A stretch of DNA of 64,000 nt from assembly GCA_934699525.1 (NCBI GenBank), contig CAKUWP010000001.1, positions 61,140 to 125,139 on the forward strand. Reading direction: 5' to 3'. Source of the stretch: an uncultured Bacilli bacterium. Its GTDB lineage: Bacteria > Bacillota_I > Bacilli_A > RFN20 > CAG-826. The notes under the pieces were generated by a model. The model saw only the letters and a program-made list of their open reading frames with translations. It did no database searches and was not told where the DNA came from. This document shows positions 1-9,531 of the stretch, one piece after another (the first letter of the stretch is position 1; each line of letters starts with the position of its first letter). The translations under genes were made by a program, and so were the position numbers.

Positions 1-729
1 CTTGAAACTCTTGATTCTGATGTGGACGTTAAAGCGTTTTGTCTCCCAACATTTGACGATTTATTTAACGAAAAACAATTCTCTTCCTGTCTGGATCATA
101 GTTTTGGCCAAATCACCGTCCACGACATTCGAAAACTTCCCGTTTTACTGGCAAAAATGAACCCTTATTACGTGGAAGGTTTGGCCTCAAAACTGGTTTA
201 TTTGGACTCTCCACGTCCCGAATCGATTTGTTTTATCGACCATACGGAAGCCTTTTTCAACGCTATTTTTCAGGCTAAAGGTTTTACTTTTTTGCAGGCA
301 CTACGGAATCTTGCTCACAGCGAATTAGATAAAATCCGTCATGGTGGGCCGTCTCGTCAGGCTACTTTCGAACAATTTGGCTACGATCCCAAGGCAGCCT
401 TGCATGCGCTGCGGTATGCTTCGATTTTCTTTGCTATGCAAATTCCCTTCCTCGATCCGGAATCATCCGCCTACGAGCTTTATGTTGACGCGATTCGCCT
501 AAAATCCGCCTCGCAAAGACAAAGACTAATGGACGTAAAACTAGGGAAAGAAAATTGCGATGCCCTTGAACAAGAAATCAAGGAAGCAATCGCGTTAATG
601 GATTCCTTTTTAGCCCAGCATAGACGCATCGAAAAAGGGCCTTTAGACTGCATGGAGACATTAAAAAAAGAGATTCGAGACTGGGTCGAACCTCTTATTG
701 TTTGTCCGCAAAATATTAAAGACGAATAG
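1..729 (+). CDS. hypothetical protein, 5' end outside window; C-terminal region tentatively RlaP/YcgL-like nucleotidyltransferase family
   Basis: Frame is open from nt 1 (no in-frame stop before the Met at 22) to TAG 727-729; motif GYDPKAALHALRYAS recalled as typical of PF10127-type NTases (memory-based, weak). Confidence 0.4.
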   Translation, partial: LETLDSDVDVKAFCLPTFDDLFNEKQFSSCLDHSFGQITVHDIRKLPVLLAKMNPYYVEGLASKLVYLDSPRPESICFIDHTEAFFNAIFQAKGFTFLQALRNLAHSELDKIRHGGPSRQATFEQFGYDPKAALHALRYASIFFAMQIPFLDPESSAYELYVDAIRLKSASQRQRLMDVKLGKENCDALEQEIKEAIALMDSFLAQHRRIEKGPLDCMETLKKEIRDWVEPLIVCPQNIKDE

Positions 730-2008
730 CGTTCGCTTCCATGTGTAATGGAGTGGAGTAATAAGTTTTGATAAAGCGCGCCATCGCCTCTATGTCATGG
801 GTTCCGCAGAATTCATTGGAACTATGCATGGCTAATTGAGCAATGCCGATATCGGCGCCAGCAAAGCTAATTTCGCCGTTGCTGATATTGCCTAAAGTCG
901 ATCCGCCCGGCATATCGCTACGATTGGTATATTCGCTAAAGGGGACCCCAGCGATGCTAGCGATTTCTTTAGCTAAACTGCAAGAGAATGCATCCGTCAT
1001 GTATTTTTGACGTGCGTTGTGCTTGATAACAATGCCTCCATTCAGGCGGACATCCGTTGTAGCATCGCTAGTTTCTGGGAAATTGGGGTGATTCGTGTGA
1101 GCGTTATCCACCGACATCATAAACCCATTGGCTGCTCCGATTTCTACACCCTCTTTTTCCTCAAATAAAGTCGAGGAAATGCGGTGTAAAACATCACGAA
1201 GGAACGTGGAATTCGCTCCTTGACGGGTCAAAGACCCGACCTCTTCGTTGTCGAAAGCACAATAAACGTCGATGGAATCAGTGCAATCGGCTTCGATGAA
1301 GCCTAATAGGCAGGAATAGGTCGAAGCCAAGTCATCTAAGCGAGGGCTAGAAACAAATTCACCATTTAATCCAACAAGGCGAGGTTCATCACGGTTATAA
1401 AGGAAAAGGTCGTGGGAAAGAATCTCATCCTGCGTTTTTAATTCTTCTTGAAGGAAGGAGTCAAAAGAGAATGCCCCGTCTTGGCATTCGCCTAAAATCG
1501 GAAGCATTTTGGTGGGGTTAAACGAAGTATTTTCATTCGCATTCCGATCAAAATGGATGCAAAGGGAAGGGATTTGAAGAAGGTCCCGTTGAATCGCCAA
1601 AAACCGCGATTCGATTCCTTGCTCCGTTTTCACCATCACGCGCCCCGCCATCGATAACGGGCGATCCATCCACGTAGACATCAGCATTCCACCATAAGGT
1701 TCGATGTTTAGACGAATCAGGTTTTTGAAAATTTCAACGGGTTGGGGTTTGATTTTAAAAGTCGGCGAATCCGTGTGAACAGCCGTGACTTTGAAAGAAA
1801 GACGCGGAGAAGACGGGATTTTAAAGGCAATGAGGGAGGAGTCGTTTCTACGAACGAAATAATTCTTTCCTTTCTTTAAATCAAACGGGGTTTTCTCGTC
1901 GATTTCCTCAAATCCATTCTCTAACAATTCGTTAGCCAAATTGTCCACGACATGAAAGGGGCTATAGGATTCCCCTAACATGGATAAAATTTTGATGATG
2001 TGTTCCAT
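716..2008 (-). CDS. M18-family aminopeptidase (aspartyl aminopeptidase-like)
   Basis: 430-aa product starting MEHIIKIL with GGAGAAAA RBS upstream; HTDSP and other M18 signatures; the longer ORF-track start at 2065 lacks an RBS. Confidence 0.8.
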   Translation of the reverse strand: MEHIIKILSMLGESYSPFHVVDNLANELLENGFEEIDEKTPFDLKKGKNYFVRRNDSSLIAFKIPSSPRLSFKVTAVHTDSPTFKIKPQPVEIFKNLIRLNIEPYGGMLMSTWMDRPLSMAGRVMVKTEQGIESRFLAIQRDLLQIPSLCIHFDRNANENTSFNPTKMLPILGECQDGAFSFDSFLQEELKTQDEILSHDLFLYNRDEPRLVGLNGEFVSSPRLDDLASTYSCLLGFIEADCTDSIDVYCAFDNEEVGSLTRQGANSTFLRDVLHRISSTLFEEKEGVEIGAANGFMMSVDNAHTNHPNFPETSDATTDVRLNGGIVIKHNARQKYMTDAFSCSLAKEIASIAGVPFSEYTNRSDMPGGSTLGNISNGEISFAGADIGIAQLAMHSSNEFCGTHDIEAMARFIKTYYSTPLHMEANAIRL

Positions 2009-2018
2009 GGTTTTCTCC

Positions 2019-2447
2019 TTAGTTTTCTTTTTCGTAAAGAAGTCTAGCATCCTCCACGGCCTCATAAAGGGCGGAGAGCCAAACTTTGTCTTTCATCATA
2101 TCGTCCACACATTGATCGTAACTACGGTCAAAGGCATCCGGATCACACAAATAGCAAAAATGGGTATACACGTTATGCGCGTATTCATTTCTGGTTTTGG
2201 TAATCAAGAACAAATACCCATAGTCCCTTTCGGTGAAAAAGGTGTTTTTTCGGCTTTGGTCCAGGGCTTTCATCGCCGTAATGACCTGGCCAAGCGTCAT
2301 CCTCTCTTCATCGATTCGAAGACGGTTCAACGAATAATCGCCTTGCTGCATATGCGCGTAGATGCGCTTGACGTTCTCCTCAACGCATTGGCAATACATC
2401 AGGATTTCGCCCACATTTTGATGGAATTGTTCTAACGTGATTTTCAT
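2019..2447 (-). CDS. hypothetical small protein with HEPN-like Rx4HxxY motif
   Basis: 142-aa ORF from MKITLEQF preceded by AAAGGAGGA; motif RNEYAHNVY near C-terminus; only 10 nt from the downstream aminopeptidase start (likely co-transcribed). Confidence 0.55.
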   Translation of the reverse strand: MKITLEQFHQNVGEILMYCQCVEENVKRIYAHMQQGDYSLNRLRIDEERMTLGQVITAMKALDQSRKNTFFTERDYGYLFLITKTRNEYAHNVYTHFCYLCDPDAFDRSYDQCVDDMMKDKVWLSALYEAVEDARLLYEKEN

Positions 2448-2505
2448 ACCGAGTGAATTGTATCCTCCTTTTGCCTTAAAATAAGTAGCCAAGTGAGGAA
2501 TCTTT

Positions 2506-3273
2506 ATGAAATTTGTCTCCTTCAACGTCAACGGCATCCGTGCCATCTTAAATAAAGGGTTTCCGGAAGCGTTTGCTTCTTTCGATGCCGACGTCGTGTT
2601 TTTGGAAGAATCCAAATATAGCGAAACCGATCATTCTTCTTTCCCTTTTTCTCCAGAAGGTTACCAAACCTATTGGACCGTTTCTAAACTAAGAAAAGGA
2701 TATTCTGGGGTCACCGCGTTCACCCGCATCCCTCCTCTATCCGTCCATTATGGATTAAAAGAAGGGAAATATGACGAGGAAGGGCGTGTCATCACCTTGG
2801 AATTTGAGGAATTTTATTTTGTCGGAGCCTATGTTCCCAATTCGGGAGAGGGTCTAAAACGTCTGGATTTCCGTCTTCAATATGAAAAAGATCTGCTCGA
2901 ATACCTCGGCGAATTGTCCGCAAAAAAACCGATTGTCTATACGGGAGACCTAAACGTCGCCCACCAAGAAATCGACATCAAAAACCCGAAAGCGAACATC
3001 CACAATGCTGGGTTCACCCAAGAAGAAAGAGATGCGTTCACCCATCTTTTAAGCCAAGGATACACGGATACCTTCCGCTACCTTCACCCCGATGAAGTCA
3101 AATATTCTTGGTGGAGTTATCGTTTCCACGCGAGAGAAAATAACGCCGGCTGGCGCATCGATTATTTTGTTGTCAGCAACGAAATCGCATCCAAAGTCCA
3201 AAAAAGTGAAATCCTCAATGACGTCTTCGGAAGTGATCATTGCCCCATCCTTTTAGAAGCGGATTTACACTGA
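2506..3273 (+). CDS. xth: exodeoxyribonuclease III (ExoIII/Xth family AP endonuclease)
   Basis: MKFVSFNVNGIRA N-terminus, YWSYR/GSDHCP C-terminal motifs typical of ExoIII; GTGAGGAA RBS. Confidence 0.9.
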   Translation: MKFVSFNVNGIRAILNKGFPEAFASFDADVVFLEESKYSETDHSSFPFSPEGYQTYWTVSKLRKGYSGVTAFTRIPPLSVHYGLKEGKYDEEGRVITLEFEEFYFVGAYVPNSGEGLKRLDFRLQYEKDLLEYLGELSAKKPIVYTGDLNVAHQEIDIKNPKANIHNAGFTQEERDAFTHLLSQGYTDTFRYLHPDEVKYSWWSYRFHARENNAGWRIDYFVVSNEIASKVQKSEILNDVFGSDHCPILLEADLH

Positions 3274-3321
3274 TTTTAAAACGCCGCCCATCTTCCCTTG
3301 CACTTGTTTTGGGATTAAAAT

Positions 3322-4797
3322 ATGGGTTGCTTTTTTATGGATTACATCACCATCAACGAAAAACGATTCGGTTCCTCGATTCTCCAACGCGGGAAGAGAT
3401 ATTTTGAAGATGGCTTGGTGACTATCCGTCAAAAAATCGATACCACCTATTTTGCCGTTGTCCATGGAACGGAAGACTATCACGTCCATCTTGCCTTAAA
3501 TGACCTTGGCAGAGTTTCATCCATGTCCTGTAACTGCCCTTATGCCCAAGGCGGCCATTACTGCAAACACGAAGCCGCCTTGCTTTTTGCCATCCAAGAG
3601 CAGGCAGACCAAGAGAATTTTAAAGCCCATCAACGCCTCCAAGCCACCGATTCCAACCATGCTTTTTCCGACTTTTCGAAAGCCCTAGAAACCATGGTTC
3701 GTTTCAATCCCAAAACCTATTTGGCCAATGCTTCGATTCTATTGAAGGTTTATGGCCCCAAGATGAGCCACGAAGAATATCAGGACGCCAAAGAAAAAAT
3801 CATCGCGGAAAGCCATTTCCACGGAGGGTATTCGTTAGTCGTTGAGCTCGCGGATGCATCGCACGACTATTTAAAAGAAGAAAAGGACGAGGGGCGTCTA
3901 GCTTTCGCCATGCGTCTTTATAAAGCTCTGCCGAGTTTCAGTTCCAAGGCCATCTTCCTGCTAAGACTTTATCGCGACCAAGAATTAAAAGCCTATCTCC
4001 CATCCATGGCCAAAGCCCATTGCTTTCCGGGAAAAGAATTTGATGAACTCGTCGATTGGGCGAAAGAAAACGAAAACATCTTTGATATTTTCGACGAAGA
4101 TGCGTTGATGGAAACGGCACGTTTCTCCATTTTGGGGCCGCAATCCAAAAGCAAATTCCTCGAATCCTGCATGAAAGGGGGATATGACGCCCCACTAATG
4201 GAAGCTTTATCTCATCCAAACGGAGCCATTCGCCCTGAAGTCATCCAGTCCTTGCAAAAGTACCTCCAAAAATCAGGGAATCGAAAAGCCTATATCGCTT
4301 TAATGGTTCAGCAGATTCAGCATCGGTCCGTCCCTTTTTCTAACGTCCTGGATTTTTACAAGAGTTTAACTCCCGCCGAGCAGGCGGAGCAAAACCTCTT
4401 TTTAAGGAAAGCCTTCTATTACACGAATTACGAAACAGACGTCGCCTTGCTCACAAGTTCGGATTCCTTTACGACGCAAAAATTCCTTTCTCTGCATTTA
4501 GAAACGATCGCTGCCTGCATAGACAATCTCAAAAACCGCGGGGAGCGTTACTTCTTAAAGCCCCTCATTCGAAGACTCGATAAGGGTTTAAAGGAAATCG
4601 ACCGTTACGATTGTGAAGAAAGCGTCTTTCTTGCTTTTATGCAGATTATCCAAGGATTTTCGGAATATCCCGAAGTCGAGAAATACCTTCGTAACGACCA
4701 AGTCATTGCCAAAAGCCTCGAAGGGTCCAAGATTCGCAAAGCCTATTTGGAGGCCTGCTTGACTCGCCCTTCCGGCATAGCATTAAGGAGGTTTTAA
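3322..4797 (+). CDS. SWIM zinc-finger domain protein (YwqB-like partner of SNF2 helicase)
   Basis: CxC...CxH motif (SMSCNCPYAQGGHYCKHEAA) typical of SWIM fingers; ends 1 nt before the SNF2 gene; start uncertain (ATG 3322 or 3337, no clear SD). Confidence 0.7.
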   Translation: MGCFFMDYITINEKRFGSSILQRGKRYFEDGLVTIRQKIDTTYFAVVHGTEDYHVHLALNDLGRVSSMSCNCPYAQGGHYCKHEAALLFAIQEQADQENFKAHQRLQATDSNHAFSDFSKALETMVRFNPKTYLANASILLKVYGPKMSHEEYQDAKEKIIAESHFHGGYSLVVELADASHDYLKEEKDEGRLAFAMRLYKALPSFSSKAIFLLRLYRDQELKAYLPSMAKAHCFPGKEFDELVDWAKENENIFDIFDEDALMETARFSILGPQSKSKFLESCMKGGYDAPLMEALSHPNGAIRPEVIQSLQKYLQKSGNRKAYIALMVQQIQHRSVPFSNVLDFYKSLTPAEQAEQNLFLRKAFYYTNYETDVALLTSSDSFTTQKFLSLHLETIAACIDNLKNRGERYFLKPLIRRLDKGLKEIDRYDCEESVFLAFMQIIQGFSEYPEVEKYLRNDQVIAKSLEGSKIRKAYLEACLTRPSGIALRRF

Positions 4798-4798
4798 G

Positions 4799-7700
4799 AT
4801 GTATTTATCTAAAATTTCCTCTTCGCAACTTCAATCTTGGAAAGACTCCCTTGTTGGAACAAGCGGAGAATCCACCTTAACGCATCTTCAAAACGGGGAA
4901 TACACCCTTTATTTTCGGATTGTTTCCAGCAATGAAAGCATCACCTATGAAGCTTATTCTCCGAATTATCCCCTCATTGGTCTGAACATAGGACCCGATC
5001 TCCTTTTGCATGAAGCCTACATCCGAAGGGAATATACCGAATACGATCGAAATGCCCTCGCTTATTTCATCGCGACAAAAGAAAAAAGCGAGGACGAAGA
5101 GACTTTACGTGCCCGTTATGGGTCCGACTTCGATACCTTAGACCGTCTATCCTCCTTTAATAAGCAAGAACGCGAAGATTACCTAGCCAACAAAGCCGAC
5201 TTCCAAGACCTATTGAAAGATCTTCAAAGCGATTCCATGGGGGACGTATGTCATTTAAAGCCTCAATTGAGCTTTGATTTAACTTCTCCCAAAGGAAGAA
5301 CGGCTCCCCAAATCATCCCCGTAATTGTTGGAGAAGGAAGACACTTAACTCGTTCCATCCCCGCCTTTTTGGCTCAGGTTCACCGCGGATCCTCCATTCA
5401 CGATGGCCGAGGAAATTACCTTTCCCTCGATATCGATTCCTTTTCTCCGCAAGATCAACGGATCATCTTCTTTTTGTCTCAACATTTTTCGCCCGATTCC
5501 TATTATCCCGATATCACGCTAGAAGTATTCGTCGGTCTATTGCTTCTATGCAAAGGCAAAACCGTCAATCTTGACGACGAGCTTTATGAGGTGGATAACG
5601 AAGTCCGAAAAATCGAAATCGAAGCTGACGATGAAGGAAAACTTCAATTAGGCGGACTAGTCTCCCCCAATTCCTTGTTCCTTTATAAAACCAACGCCAT
5701 TCAACCCATCAAAGCAACCAAAAAGATTCTTCTTTATGCGTTCGCCTCTTTAAAATCGAGTCGGGTCGCTCAATTCATTTTGGCTCACCCCTCGTTCCCT
5801 TATCAGGATCTTCAGGATCAAATCGGCGCGGATTTATTGCCCTTAATGAAGCAAAATGACATCCACGTCTCCCCTGTTTTCCAAGAAAAGTCCAATCAAG
5901 TCCGTACCTACATCGCCTATTATTTGGATTACGAGGAAGGGAGCGAGAACGCGAAGCCGTCCCTAGAAATGCGAACCGAATTCAAGTCCAGAGGCCAAAC
6001 GATTTCCTTGCAGGATTACTTAAATTCCCCTCGTAACGTCTACGATAAATTCCGCGTGTGTTTAGCAGACCTTGGCTTATCCGAATCGGGAACCGTCCAA
6101 GGGGATGAGGCGATTGGAGCCATTTTAGACCGCGATTTGTCCCCGTTAAGCGAATTTGCTTCCCTTTATCTTTCGGATAATATCGCCAATATCACCGTGA
6201 ACCACCAGAAATCTGGAATTCGTTTACGAACCGAAAGTGGATTAGACTGGTTTGATGTCTCCTTTTCTTCCGATTCCTTAACCCCCGAAGAGGTCAACTT
6301 GATTCTTAATGCCTACCGGAAGAAGAAAAAATACGTCCGCGTAGGGAATAATTATTATGCGACCGACGAGGAAAGCCTCTCGAAAGCGATTGAGCAATTT
6401 TCTCCTAGCGAGGAGGGACTTACTACCGAGCATCTTCCTCTATATAAAGCCCTTAACCTCCGCCTCGACGACGGGTTAAGCGTTGAAATCGACGATCGGC
6501 TGGAAGACCTCTTCGATTCCTTACTCCATTTCCAATCCGCAGAATTGCCTTTATCCTCCTCCCTAGAATCCGCTTTACGACCCTATCAAAAAGATGGGGT
6601 CCGTTGGTTATGGACGTTAGCAAGCAATGGGCTCGGCGGCATTTTGGCCGATGACATGGGCTTAGGAAAGTCTCTGGAAATGATTGCTTTCTTATCCTTA
6701 TTAAAGGAAAAGGAAAATATCCTGATCATTTCCCCCAAATCGTTAATCTATAACTGGAAAAACGAATTCGAAAAATGGGATTCTTCCCGTCAAGTAGAAG
6801 TCGTGGAAGGCAATAAATCTAGCCGAAAAAAGACCATCGAAAGAATGAAAGAGGCGGGACAGGGGGTCTTTGTCGTCTCCTATGACTCCCTCCGTAACGA
6901 TGAGGAACTCTACCAAGATATCCTTTTCTCTACCATCGTTCTCGACGAGGCCCAATATATCGCCAACGCGACCGCCTTAAAAACCAAAGCCGTCAAATCC
7001 CTTCATGCGAAGCATCGATTTGTCTTAACCGGTACCCCCATTCAAAACTCCTACATGGATCTATGGTCCATCATGGATTTCTTGATGCCCGGGTATTTAG
7101 ACGGCTACAAAGATTTCCATTTGATGTATAGCTCGCTTGCCGATAATAACCAAGCCCAAATCCATCGTCTAGAAACCCAAATCGCTCCGTTCTTGCTTCG
7201 GAGAACCAAGGAGGAGGTTTTAAAAGACCTCCCGCCAAAAACGGAAGAAATCACCGTGGTTCAAATGGATGATGCCGAAGCCAAACTCTATGAGGCTTAT
7301 TTTACAAACGCCAAAATGACTTTGAAGGATCAAAAAGACAACGGGAGGAGCCGCGTGGCCATCCTCGCTGAGCTCACCCGTCTCCGTCAACTTTGCGTGG
7401 ATCCAAGCGTTTTCGTCTCCAACTATAAAAACTTATCCGCGAAATTAACCCAAACGATTGCCATGGTCAAGGAAGCGATCGCCAGCGGGCACAAAGTTTT
7501 GATTTTCTCCAGTTTCGTCGCGGTTTTAAAACATCTGCAAGACGAGCTTGCCAAATTAAAAATCTCTTCTTCCTTAATTTATGGGGACACCCCTGCCAAA
7601 GAAAGGCTATCTTTAGCGGATCATTTCAATACAAGCGAAGACGAAAAAGTCATGTTAGTCTCCTTAAAAGCCGGTGGAACTGGGCTAAACCTCGTGGGGG

Positions 7701-7945
7701 CGGATATCGTCATCCACCTAGACCCGTGGTGGAACATCGCCGCGGAAAATCAAGCGAGCGACCGTGCCCACCGCATCGGACAAACCCGCCCTGTAACTGT
7801 CTGGAAACTTGTGGCCAAAGGCACGATTGAAGAGAAAATCATCAAACTTCAGACTTTGAAGCGGTCCCTTTCTTCCATCATCCGCGTCGCGGACGAGGAA
7901 GGTTCTTCCTTAACCCAAGAAGACATCGCCTATTTGCTTTCTTAA
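4799..7945 (+). CDS. SNF2/HepA-family helicase with ~580-aa N-terminal domain of unknown function
   Basis: AGGAGG RBS; helicase motifs LRPYQKDGVRWL, DEAQYIAN, LTGTPIQNS, HRIGQTRPVTVWKL. Confidence 0.9.
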   Translation: MYLSKISSSQLQSWKDSLVGTSGESTLTHLQNGEYTLYFRIVSSNESITYEAYSPNYPLIGLNIGPDLLLHEAYIRREYTEYDRNALAYFIATKEKSEDEETLRARYGSDFDTLDRLSSFNKQEREDYLANKADFQDLLKDLQSDSMGDVCHLKPQLSFDLTSPKGRTAPQIIPVIVGEGRHLTRSIPAFLAQVHRGSSIHDGRGNYLSLDIDSFSPQDQRIIFFLSQHFSPDSYYPDITLEVFVGLLLLCKGKTVNLDDELYEVDNEVRKIEIEADDEGKLQLGGLVSPNSLFLYKTNAIQPIKATKKILLYAFASLKSSRVAQFILAHPSFPYQDLQDQIGADLLPLMKQNDIHVSPVFQEKSNQVRTYIAYYLDYEEGSENAKPSLEMRTEFKSRGQTISLQDYLNSPRNVYDKFRVCLADLGLSESGTVQGDEAIGAILDRDLSPLSEFASLYLSDNIANITVNHQKSGIRLRTESGLDWFDVSFSSDSLTPEEVNLILNAYRKKKKYVRVGNNYYATDEESLSKAIEQFSPSEEGLTTEHLPLYKALNLRLDDGLSVEIDDRLEDLFDSLLHFQSAELPLSSSLESALRPYQKDGVRWLWTLASNGLGGILADDMGLGKSLEMIAFLSLLKEKENILIISPKSLIYNWKNEFEKWDSSRQVEVVEGNKSSRKKTIERMKEAGQGVFVVSYDSLRNDEELYQDILFSTIVLDEAQYIANATALKTKAVKSLHAKHRFVLTGTPIQNSYMDLWSIMDFLMPGYLDGYKDFHLMYSSLADNNQAQIHRLETQIAPFLLRRTKEEVLKDLPPKTEEITVVQMDDAEAKLYEAYFTNAKMTLKDQKDNGRSRVAILAELTRLRQLCVDPSVFVSNYKNLSAKLTQTIAMVKEAIASGHKVLIFSSFVAVLKHLQDELAKLKISSSLIYGDTPAKERLSLADHFNTSEDEKVMLVSLKAGGTGLNLVGADIVIHLDPWWNIAAENQASDRAHRIGQTRPVTVWKLVAKGTIEEKIIKLQTLKRSLSSIIRVADEEGSSLTQEDIAYLLS

Positions 7946-8016
7946 ATCCCATTTTCTAGGTCCTATGGGGATGTTCAAACGCCCTTTCATGGGTCAAAGG
8001 CTTTTAGAAGCCTCGG

Positions 8017-8562
8017 TTAATCTTCGTTTGGCGAGAGTTTGCGAATCGCCCGTAGTAAAGGGATGTTGATGATTGAAATCACCGTTGCCGAGACTAGCCC
8101 ACTTAACGCACGCATGGCTAGCAATGGAATCGTCGCAGCCCAAGAATAGCCGAGAATCAAGGCGTCTAAGGTTTGCACGCCGGCATTTGCGGCCGTGACA
8201 AAAAGGGCCGCCAACAAATTGGCGATAAAATACCATACGTAATGGCGGTCGAGATTTTCGCCTTTTTTCCGAAACGGCAAGGCAAATAGACCCACGATCA
8301 ACGCGCGAAAGGCCGCAGGCAACATCCATAATGGGGTTGTCGGCCCAATGCCGTAGCTGGACGTCATCTGAATCAGGAATTCTCCTAATATAGCAACGAT
8401 GAGCCCATCTCCTAGACCAAAATAACAGGTGGCAAAAATGACCGCCAAGCCAGAGAAAGCGATATGAATCGGCTCTACTTTGATGGTCAATTTGGCCAAG
8501 ACGAAGAAAATGCCGACGAGCATCCCATCAATACACATTCGGCGAACTTTAGAATTTCCCAT
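8017..8562 (-). CDS. folT: ECF transporter S component, folate-family (FolT-like)
   Basis: Multi-TM 181-aa protein, AAGGAG RBS before ATG at 8562; preceded by THF riboswitch, which fits a folate-specific S component. Confidence 0.65.
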   Translation of the reverse strand: MGNSKVRRMCIDGMLVGIFFVLAKLTIKVEPIHIAFSGLAVIFATCYFGLGDGLIVAILGEFLIQMTSSYGIGPTTPLWMLPAAFRALIVGLFALPFRKKGENLDRHYVWYFIANLLAALFVTAANAGVQTLDALILGYSWAATIPLLAMRALSGLVSATVISIINIPLLRAIRKLSPNED

Positions 8563-8609
8563 ACTCCAATACTCCTTCGGGTACAGGAGGTTCTTCACAT
8601 AACAAAAAA

Positions 8610-8730
8610 TAGATTTGTCCCAAGCGGCTGCGTGACACCACCGCGGAAGGGAACCCTTCCTTCGTCCTTTGGCAACCTCCCATCCAAAGGCACTTGACGC
8701 GATATCACTACTCTTGGCCTGTGAAGCTTT
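8610..8730 (-). promoter_or_regulatory. THF (tetrahydrofolate) riboswitch, folT motif
   Basis: Minus-strand sequence contains AGAGTAG, GCGTCAAGTG and GGATGGGAG blocks matching the recalled THF riboswitch consensus (AGAGUAG...CGCGUUAAGUG...GGGAUG) in the correct order; internal palindrome GGAAGGGTTCCCTTCC; sits in the 5' leader of the ECF S-component gene. Confidence 0.7.
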
Positions 8731-8776
8731 GATTCTTCAAAGCAACTAATAGTCTAGTGGGCTTCTTCTATTTAGG

Positions 8777-9415
8777 CTAGCCCAAAATCAAGCTCGAATC
8801 GCAAAGGGCGGGATAAACGAGGCGGAAAATGTCCGAGCAAATCTTTTTCCGCTCGATTTGAAGCTCATTGCGGTAAGCGTAATAAATTAAATTGGCGATG
8901 CCCCCGCTGTAGAAATTGATGAGGACGACTTCATCTAGCGTTTTTCCTAATAAGAAAGGATATTCAGCCACCATGTGCTCCATGGCTTGGCGGGTAAAAA
9001 TTGAAAAGTCGCGGAAGAAAGTACCACTGATATCGTTTTTCGCCATTTTTCCCATAGGCAAAGGCATGTCGTCGAGGAAGAAATCGACAATCTCCTTAAT
9101 GACTTTCTTGAAGAATTCTCGTTTCCGTAAAGGATAGGGCTTATAGGACTTTAAAAGAGGGTTGATCCGTTCTTTGATTTTCAATAAATAACGGGTGAAC
9201 ACGAATTGGAGCAATTCATTCTTATCCTGGAAATTGTTGTAGAAAGTATTTTTGGAAATTAGAGCTTGATCCGTGATGTCTTTGACCGACAAATCATCAA
9301 AATTCCTCTCGTTTAAAAGAGTCTCCAAGGCGTCGGCGAGGTCCCGCTTCGTTCGATATACGCGTGCGTCCTCTTTTTTAATCAGTGCCGTATTATCCAC
9401 CACAATTTCTGCCAT
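8777..9415 (-). CDS. TetR/AcrR-family transcriptional regulator
   Basis: N-terminal HTH signature (RTKRDLADALETLLNERNFDDLSVKDITDQALISKNTFYNNF); divergent from ABC transporter genes. Confidence 0.8.
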   Translation of the reverse strand: MAEIVVDNTALIKKEDARVYRTKRDLADALETLLNERNFDDLSVKDITDQALISKNTFYNNFQDKNELLQFVFTRYLLKIKERINPLLKSYKPYPLRKREFFKKVIKEIVDFFLDDMPLPMGKMAKNDISGTFFRDFSIFTRQAMEHMVAEYPFLLGKTLDEVVLINFYSGGIANLIYYAYRNELQIERKKICSDIFRLVYPALCDSSLILG

Positions 9416-9531
9416 AAATCTTTTTCTCTTTTTTCATCGTTTTTGGGCTTGCCATATCCCACAAACCCGACTATATTAACACGTGGAAAGTTTTTGGGCA
9501 ACAGTCCAATATCTTCCAAGGAGGCAAAAAA

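Noticed and set aside
7946-8016. Possible bidirectional terminator between SNF2 and folT (AGGCTT-ttagaa-AAGCCT)
   Set aside because: Stem only 6 bp and no flanking T-run on either strand; too weak to call.
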